From a virus (Duplodnaviria; Heunggongvirae; Uroviricota; Caudoviricetes): a stretch of DNA of 64,000 nt. Within the stretch, counting starts at the first letter, position 1; every line of letters starts with the position of its first letter. The notes beneath the pieces are model-generated. The model had not been told where the DNA came from and searched no databases. It worked only from the letters and a program-made list of their open reading frames with translations. Location of the stretch: IMG/VR virus record IMGVR_UViG_2681813233_000007; one strand, given 5' to 3'. Position numbers and translations under genes: made by a program. Below are positions 57,854-64,000 of the stretch, piece by piece.

Positions 57854-58617
57854 CTTCAAATAAAACCCTCCTGGCGCGAACAGGTGAATGGCAAACCTCA
57901 CGCACAGGAAAATTCCAGACCACGGGCTTTGAAAACGTGGATAACGCGTTTGCGACGCTAATCAGCAACATTTTTTCTGATATCTTACTGGTGGCCCCCG
58001 CGCCGGAAGAAAAACGCTTTGCGTCATTCCTGAATCGTCCACCAGCAGAGCGTGTCTATGTGGCCCGTTTCGACAATGCGATCGAGTTTCTTAAAGCAGT
58101 TCGTCGCGCAAATGCCGGGCAAGGGAGAAAACCTGAAAACCAGAACATTAACCGGGATGCTCTCCCCCTGGTCAATATCTCACGCACTATGGATATCAAT
58201 TATATCAACGATGATCAGCAGATTGACCGCAAAAAAGTAGCCAGTTTTTGCGAACCGGATACCGGAATGCCTTTAGCAGAACTGGAATACACCCAGGCCA
58301 TTCTGACGTATGACGTTACGTTAATGGCAACTGATAAAGCGACCATGAGTCTGATGTGTAATTCGCTGGGCGCACGGCTTCGCCTGATGACAGGTACACA
58401 ATTTGAAGCAACCACTCACCTTGTTCGTGTCCCGGTCCCGCTGATTTGCTCGATACAGGATGCCAAAGAAGTCGGCTTTACGGATGTTTCAGCACCAATT
58501 GGAGAAGAGCGTATTTATGCCACACAAGCGCCGATAAGTGTGATTGCAGACGTGATCACAACATGGGAGTTGGACGCAAAACGTATTATTACCGAAACCT
58601 CGATATCTATGGGGTGA
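57850..58617 (+). CDS. Hypothetical baseplate/tail-assembly protein
   Basis: 255 aa, coupled. Confidence 0.4.
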   Translation: MTSNKTLLARTGEWQTSRTGKFQTTGFENVDNAFATLISNIFSDILLVAPAPEEKRFASFLNRPPAERVYVARFDNAIEFLKAVRRANAGQGRKPENQNINRDALPLVNISRTMDINYINDDQQIDRKKVASFCEPDTGMPLAELEYTQAILTYDVTLMATDKATMSLMCNSLGARLRLMTGTQFEATTHLVRVPVPLICSIQDAKEVGFTDVSAPIGEERIYATQAPISVIADVITTWELDAKRIITETSISMG

Positions 58618-58620
58618 TAA

Positions 58621-59601
58621 GTGGCCCAGGAGTTACAACAATATTTTCTACAGTCAGTGCTCATTAACGATAACAAAGTGCCACGAGACTGGATTTTTAC
58701 CGCAGTATATGTAGAAAAAACCAGCCTCAAAGCCCCTTTGCTAAAACTGGAAATTCATGACGCTACCGGCACCGTAATTGATGACTGGAAAGCCAAATAC
58801 GGTGCATCGCTGGTGGCTGAAATGGGCGATCCAAACGGTAATGCAGGCACTTTTAAAACAGATTTCTTTGTTACGTCTGCAATGCTGGCTGGTGATGTTG
58901 TTACCGTTATTGCTGTCAGTGAAGACGTGCGCAGGTTTAAGATCCCCTCCCCGCGCACAAATTTACATACCAACAAAACACCAGACGCTATATTCAAGGC
59001 ATATTCCGGCAAACTTAAAATTACCAGCAGCGTGCTAAAACGCGCAGTTACATATCATCTGAATGCCGGTGACAAACCGTCAAAAATGCTTTCTGAGATA
59101 GCGCGAGACAAAGGTGCATTGTGTTGGGTATGTCGGGGGGAATTTAACTTTTACACCCTGGCTGATCTGATGAAGCAAACGCCATCATTTACCTACGAGG
59201 GGAATAACCCTAAAGCAGAATACACTTTGTCAAAAATGCGCCTACTCCAACAGGAACATGCGACAACAGCAAAGAATCAATATCGTTTTGTTGGGTATTC
59301 CATGACCGATGGCTACGTCGAATATGGCGATAGCTCACTCCCAGTGCGTTATATATCCGACTCTGATATGGAAACTCTTCGCAATATGCAGCTGTCTCTC
59401 GTCCCCAAAATGGATATAGAAGTCGCAGGCAATCCTGATATAAAACCGGGGATGGTGATAGAGATTATCGTATACCGCTATGACCAGGAAAACCGCATTG
59501 ATGAATCAATGCCCCGTAAGCTGATAGTAAAAAATGTTGCGCACTTTGAAGACCGCGTAGGCTACACAACACGAATGATATTGGGAGTGCCGAACAAATG
59601 A
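58621..59601 (+). CDS. Hypothetical baseplate/tail-assembly protein
   Basis: 326 aa, coupled. Confidence 0.4.
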   Translation: MAQELQQYFLQSVLINDNKVPRDWIFTAVYVEKTSLKAPLLKLEIHDATGTVIDDWKAKYGASLVAEMGDPNGNAGTFKTDFFVTSAMLAGDVVTVIAVSEDVRRFKIPSPRTNLHTNKTPDAIFKAYSGKLKITSSVLKRAVTYHLNAGDKPSKMLSEIARDKGALCWVCRGEFNFYTLADLMKQTPSFTYEGNNPKAEYTLSKMRLLQQEHATTAKNQYRFVGYSMTDGYVEYGDSSLPVRYISDSDMETLRNMQLSLVPKMDIEVAGNPDIKPGMVIEIIVYRYDQENRIDESMPRKLIVKNVAHFEDRVGYTTRMILGVPNK

Positions 59602-60251
59602 AGCGTAGAGCGCAAATTGTTGGAACTGTGCACCCGGCAGGGCTTATGCGTGCTCAAGTCCGTGTTTTACCTGACTGGAATGGCGTTCCTGATGACGATC
59701 TACCCTGGGCGGAATACCTGTTACCCATCGGAAACGCTTTTGTACCCACAGTCAAAGGTGACCTGGTTTGGGTAGAGTTTCCTTATTTAGATGTTAACGG
59801 TCGAATAGACACCAGACGCCCAATGATAGTTGGTGCCGCTCAGGATGCACCGGGAGGAATTCCAAACGTTGCACCAGAAGCATCTGGCAAAGGCAACGGC
59901 TGGACGCCGCCGGAAGTAGATGGAGCACCTCCCCGCCCCCAAATCTCAGCAACGAAAGACTTCGTTATTCACCGCAACAATATTCTTGAAGTACGAACTG
60001 CTGGTGGCGGCTATGAAATTGCCAATACGGCAGCAGGCTCAAGGATTGGCATGAATGAGTCCGGGCAGATATATATCATTGGTCCGGCTGATGTAATCGT
60101 GAATGCAGGAGGGAGTGTTAACGTCAAATCAGCCAACAACATCAATGTTAAAGGGGAAAATATTGCTGTCACCGCTAACGGAGACATAGCTTTCAAGGCA
60201 GGAGGAACCTTTCAGGCCACTGCTAGCAACTTCGATTTCAAGAAAGGATAG
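59598..60251 (+). CDS. Baseplate central spike (gpV/gp45-like)
   Basis: N-terminal OB-fold-like segment (VGTV...VRV...W..P.VGD.VWV) and C-terminal beta-helical repeats (GGSVNVKSANNINVKGENIAVTANG). Confidence 0.55.
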   Translation: MKRRAQIVGTVHPAGLMRAQVRVLPDWNGVPDDDLPWAEYLLPIGNAFVPTVKGDLVWVEFPYLDVNGRIDTRRPMIVGAAQDAPGGIPNVAPEASGKGNGWTPPEVDGAPPRPQISATKDFVIHRNNILEVRTAGGGYEIANTAAGSRIGMNESGQIYIIGPADVIVNAGGSVNVKSANNINVKGENIAVTANGDIAFKAGGTFQATASNFDFKKG

Positions 60252-60266
60252 AAAATGCACCAGTTT

Positions 60267-60298
60267 GTGTTAGATAATTAATATGTATTTTCTAACAC
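60267..60298. promoter_or_regulatory. Overlapping inverted pair of operator-like motifs
   Basis: GTGTTAGATAATTAATAT on plus and GTGTTAGAAAATACATAT on minus, just upstream of rdgC-dmt. Confidence 0.55.
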
Positions 60299-60310
60299 AA
60301 ATGGTGAGAC

Positions 60311-61216
60311 ATGAGATCAGTCGCTTTCAAAAATATCTTCATCTATCGTCTTTCACGCGAAGTTAGCTGGGATACTGCAGAAGTAAATGCAGCCCTTAGC
60401 AAGTTTGTGTTTACCCCATGCGGTTCTCAGGATATGGCTAAAGCTGGTTGGACCCCCGTTCTTGGCGACAACCTCACCCATGAATACCAGGGTTTTCTTC
60501 TGATACAGCATAAACGAGAGGAAAAAATCCTACCCTCTCAAGTGCTCAAAGAAGAGTTACAGAAAAAAATCCTGACACTTGAAGAAGAGCAAGACAGAAA
60601 GCTGAAGAAGACTGAAAAAGATTCGCTGAAGGATGAAGTGCTTCACTCTCTTCTTCCTCGTGCTTTCACGAGAAAATCAGTCGCTAAAATCCTGATAGAC
60701 CGAAGCAATCATCTGGTTTTTGTCGAGGCCAGCAGTGCTAAAAAAGCAGAGGATCAGCTGGCTTTGTTACGGAAATCGCTTGGCAGCTTGCCCGTTGTCC
60801 CCTTCTCTCCGAAAGACCCATTAGAACTGACCATCACTGGCTGGATTAAAAATGGCTTCCCGAACGGTTTCCGTGCCGGTGAGGAAGCGACCTTAAAAGC
60901 ATTGCTTGATGATGGCGGCGCGGTCCGCTGCAAAAAAGTGGACCTGCTATCCGACGAGATCATGAGTCATATAGAAGCTGGTAAGGTTGCAACCACAGTT
61001 GCGGTTAACTGGCAAGACCGTGCATTTTTCAGACTGAATGACGATATGAGTATCAAGGCTTTGTCGTTCAGCGACGAATTGTACGACCAGAACGACGATA
61101 TTGATCGAGAGGATGTTGCGCAACGATTTGACGCTGACTTTATCCTATTTACTGCTGAATTATCAGCGATGTTCACCTCGCTAGTGGAGGCCGTTGGTGG
61201 TGAAGCAGAACGTTAA
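60311..61216 (+). CDS. rdgC: RdgC-like recombination-associated protein
   Basis: 301 aa, collinear with E. coli RdgC as I recall it (FKN...[59 protein letters not shown]). Confidence 0.8.
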   Translation: MRSVAFKNIFIYRLSREVSWDTAEVNAALSKFVFTPCGSQDMAKAGWTPVLGDNLTHEYQGFLLIQHKREEKILPSQVLKEELQKKILTLEEEQDRKLKKTEKDSLKDEVLHSLLPRAFTRKSVAKILIDRSNHLVFVEASSAKKAEDQLALLRKSLGSLPVVPFSPKDPLELTITGWIKNGFPNGFRAGEEATLKALLDDGGAVRCKKVDLLSDEIMSHIEAGKVATTVAVNWQDRAFFRLNDDMSIKALSFSDELYDQNDDIDREDVAQRFDADFILFTAELSAMFTSLVEAVGGEAER

Positions 61217-63488
61217 CCTTCGATATGGTTCAGTTTGCAGTGGAATTGAAGCCGCGAGCATTGCCTGGGAACCGTTGGGTATGCGTCCGGCGTGGTTTGC
61301 TGAAATTGAGCCTTTTCCATCTGCCGTTCTTGCGCACCGCTGGCCTCATGTCGCCAACCTTGGCGATATGACAAAACTTGCCAAAAAAGTCCTGGCTGGG
61401 GAAATCGAATCCCCTGATGTGCTCGTCGGGGGAACACCTTGTCAGGCATTCAGTATCGCGGGATTACGTGGTGGGCTTGATGATGAGCGTGGCGCGCTAA
61501 CTTTAAAGTATGTGGAGCTTGCAAATGCAATTGACGACAAACGGGCTGAGTCATTTCTCAAACCAGCCGTTATCGTCTGGGAAAATGTCCCAGGAGTCTT
61601 GTCATCGGCAGATAACGCCTTCGGATGTTTCCTTGCCGGATTGGCTGGAGAAGATGCGCCATTTGAACCAGGTGATCGACCTGAATCAGGAAAAAGTAAC
61701 ACGTTCTGGCGGTGGGATGGCAAAACCGGTTGCCATGCTCCAAAGTGGCCGCAGTGTGGTTGTATTTATGGACCGCAGCGAAAAGTGGCCTGGAGAATCC
61801 TTGATGCCCAATACTTCGGAGTGGCACAACGACGCCGACGCGTGTTTGTTGTCGCAAGTGCTCGAACAGACCTCGATCCCGCAACGGTACTTTTTGAGTT
61901 CGAAGGCGTGCGCCGGAATATTGCGCCGAGCCGAAAAAAGAAGGAAATCGCTTCCGCCATTATTGCAAATGGCGCTGCAATCAGTGGCGAAAGCCTAAAT
62001 CCATGCCTACACGCTGACATGCCACCCGGTATGAAATCGACGAAAGCCGTAAACGCTTTCAGGATGGCAGCATTTGGGGAATATATTGACGATGAAACCG
62101 CATCGACAGTAAAGGCAAGAGATTTTAAAGATGCCACTGACCTTGCCGTTTTTAGCAGCACAGGAGCAGGTTTTTGGTCAGAAGGGCATGGTACATTGCG
62201 GGCACGTGAGCAAGAAAGCCATGAGCATCTTGTTACATTGGCTTTTCCTGAGCGTATGAGCGGTACACAACATGCTGCAACTAAGAATACTTCACCATCT
62301 CTAATGGCTAAAAATCCAACAGCTGTTTGCTATGAAGTAAGAAACGCAGAAGTAGCTGTCCGCCGTCTTACCCCTGTCGAATGTGAAAGGCTGCAAGGTT
62401 TTCCTGAGGGGCATACGTTGATCCCGACGGAAAAGCGTAAAAAAGTTTCTTCAGATGAACTGGCATACCTTCGCAATCACTATCCAGATTTAAGCGAAGA
62501 AGAGGCCGCGATGCTTGCAGCTGACGGACCGCGTTACAAAGCGATCGGCAACAGCATGGCAGTTCCTGTTATGCAATGGATAGGGTGTCGCATTCTTGCG
62601 ACCGTAGCGGATAAACAGCAAAAAACAATAAATACCATTACCTACACAAGAAAACTCCGGACTCCGGATGAATATGAACGCCCAATATTCAAATGGGTAG
62701 GCGGTAAATTCTCAGAGTTGCCTACAGTGCTTGAGCATCTACCACACGGCAAGCGGTTAATAGAACCATTCGTTGGTGGCGGTTCCGTATTTACGAATGC
62801 AGGATTTCGCCACAACCTGCTTAATGATATTAACGGTGACCTGATTAACTTCTATCAGACATTGCAGCGAGAGGGACATTCGCTCGTCACGCTGGCATAT
62901 AGTTTTTTCAAAAATTACAACAACGCTGACGCTTACCTCGAAGTGCGTGAGGCATTTAACAGAGGAAAGTATGACCAACTACATCATGCTGCTGCCTTTT
63001 TGTACCTTAATCGGCACTGTTTTAATGGCGTAACGCGGTACAACCAAAATGGCGAGTTCAACGTAGGGTATGGCAAATACAAAGCGCCCTACTTCCCACA
63101 TGCAGAGATGGAGGCATTTTTGGCTGATGACGTACTCAAAAACACTTCCTTTGTATCAGGTGACTTTGCTAGCGTCATTGAGGCGGCTGGTGAAGACGAT
63201 GTGATTTTTTGTGATCCGCCGTATGAACCGCTTCCGGATACAGAGGGATTTACCAGCTATTCAGGAAATAGCTTCCGTTTCGACGAACAGAAACGGCTTG
63301 TATCACTGTTGGTGGATGCCCACCAGCGCGGCGCTAAGGTAGTGATAACAAATAGTGGTGCTCCAAACATCCGTGAACTATATGAAGGAAACGGGTTTAA
63401 AGTACATCATATGGCAGCCAGACGGTCGGTTTCCTGCAAGGCGTCAACACGTGTAGTTGCTAACGATATAATTGCAATAATGAAGTAA
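61194..63488 (+). CDS. dmt: Bifunctional DNA methyltransferase: N-terminal C5-cytosine MTase fused to C-terminal Dam-like N6-adenine MTase
   Basis: [12 protein letters not shown] (PCQ) and ENVPG in the N-half; KWVGGK and DPPY in the C-half; start overlaps the rdgC stop. Confidence 0.85.
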   Translation: MVVKQNVNLRYGSVCSGIEAASIAWEPLGMRPAWFAEIEPFPSAVLAHRWPHVANLGDMTKLAKKVLAGEIESPDVLVGGTPCQAFSIAGLRGGLDDERGALTLKYVELANAIDDKRAESFLKPAVIVWENVPGVLSSADNAFGCFLAGLAGEDAPFEPGDRPESGKSNTFWRWDGKTGCHAPKWPQCGCIYGPQRKVAWRILDAQYFGVAQRRRRVFVVASARTDLDPATVLFEFEGVRRNIAPSRKKKEIASAIIANGAAISGESLNPCLHADMPPGMKSTKAVNAFRMAAFGEYIDDETASTVKARDFKDATDLAVFSSTGAGFWSEGHGTLRAREQESHEHLVTLAFPERMSGTQHAATKNTSPSLMAKNPTAVCYEVRNAEVAVRRLTPVECERLQGFPEGHTLIPTEKRKKVSSDELAYLRNHYPDLSEEEAAMLAADGPRYKAIGNSMAVPVMQWIGCRILATVADKQQKTINTITYTRKLRTPDEYERPIFKWVGGKFSELPTVLEHLPHGKRLIEPFVGGGSVFTNAGFRHNLLNDINGDLINFYQTLQREGHSLVTLAYSFFKNYNNADAYLEVREAFNRGKYDQLHHAAAFLYLNRHCFNGVTRYNQNGEFNVGYGKYKAPYFPHAEMEAFLADDVLKNTSFVSGDFASVIEAAGEDDVIFCDPPYEPLPDTEGFTSYSGNSFRFDEQKRLVSLLVDAHQRGAKVVITNSGAPNIRELYEGNGFKVHHMAARRSVSCKASTRVVANDIIAIMK

Positions 63489-63512
63489 AAAACGCCGCAG
63501 TAGCGGCGTTTA
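63489..63512. terminator. Bidirectional rho-independent terminator
   Basis: AAAA-CGCCGC-agta-GCGGCG-TTT between dmt and the convergent glnS-like gene. Confidence 0.7.
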
Positions 63513-63536
63513 CTTTTTCATGTGGCGAAATACCTA

Positions 63537-64000
63537 TTAACCTAACTTCGCCCAGGTATCACGCAGCCCAACGGTGCGGTTAAATACCGGTTTTTCCGCC
63601 GTAGAATGGCGGCTGTCGAGGCAGAAATAACCTTCACGCTCAAACTGGAATGCTTTACCCGCTACCGCTTCTTTCAGCGACGGTTCAGCAAAGCCCTGTT
63701 TGATCACCAGCGATTCCGGGTTAATCACCGACAGGAAATCATCCGCAGCACCTGGGTTCGGCACGTTGAACAGACGATCGTACAGGCGGATTTCAACCGG
63801 CAGCGCATGTGCCGCGCTCACCCAGTGAATAACGCCTTTCACTTTACGACCATCTGCCGGATCTTTGCTTAAGGTGTCGGCGTCATAAGTACAGAAGATG
63901 GTGGTGATATTGCCTTCGGCATCTTTCTCCACGCGTTCAGCCTTAATGACGTAAGCATTACGCAGACGCACTTCTTTACCCAGCACCAGACGTTTGTACT
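63537..64000 (-). CDS. glnS: Glutaminyl-tRNA synthetase C-terminal (anticodon-binding) region, truncated by the window edge
   Basis: 149 aa called plus open frame to the window end; matches the E. coli GlnRS C-terminus as I recall it (...[13 protein letters not shown]..). Confidence 0.6.
   Translation of the reverse strand, partial: YKRLVLGKEVRLRNAYVIKAERVEKDAEGNITTIFCTYDADTLSKDPADGRKVKGVIHWVSAAHALPVEIRLYDRLFNVPNPGAADDFLSVINPESLVIKQGFAEPSLKEAVAGKAFQFEREGYFCLDSRHSTAEKPVFNRTVGLRDTWAKLG

Noticed and set aside
63489-63536. Reading the dmt/glnS gap as a phage attachment junction
   Set aside because: The 48-bp gap is just a bidirectional terminator with no recognisable core or arm-type repeats; the window ends too soon to decide, so it is reported as an open question rather than as an att site.
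1-64000. Transposase or insertion sequence (P1 carries IS1)
   Set aside because: No ORF shows DDE or other transposase motifs and no terminal inverted repeats bracket any segment; the only recombinases are the Cin-type invertase and Dre.

Overview
This 64-kb window reads as most of a P1-family phage-plasmid, most consistent with phage D6 or a close relative. The anchor is a Cre-like tyrosine recombinase (30910-31938) with, 150 bp upstream, a 32-bp site that matches the rox site as I recall it, i.e. the Dre/rox pair. Other P1-type landmarks visible in the sequence: a Cin-type invertase with a cix/gix-like crossover site at the window start, phd-doc, humD, ref, a ~2278-aa DarB-like methyltransferase-helicase, a PacA/PacB terminase with a GATC cluster, a fused C5-cytosine/Dam-like methyltransferase, a lambda-type Ser/Thr phosphatase and a tRNA cluster (Arg-UCU, Thr-UGU, Ile2-CAU plus atypical tRNA-like elements). 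The parts I think most deserve follow-up are: (1) a 6-gene operon downstream of dre containing a dUTPase, a DUF2829 (Tad2-like) fusion protein and a truncated terminase large-subunit paralog with degenerate Walker motifs; (2) a low-GC cargo block where higBA is followed by an orphan antitoxin-like ORF and a membrane/coiled-coil protein; (3) a dispersed ~18-bp motif (core TGTTAGAAA) upstream of ref, dmt, c1-like, icd-ant and other operons, which I interpret as the C1-type repressor operator set; (4) two paralogous icd-ant modules with near-identical nucleotide patches; (5) a PP-loop (PAPS-reductase-like) gene cluster; (6) a structured non-coding region and repeated ~30-nt motif around the tRNAs; (7) the 3-prime end of a glnS-like gene at the right edge. 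Everything is from reading the sequence and ORF track by eye; no searches were run, so family assignments rest on motifs and remembered sequences, and the ORF-track starts include GTG/TTG and are often uncertain.
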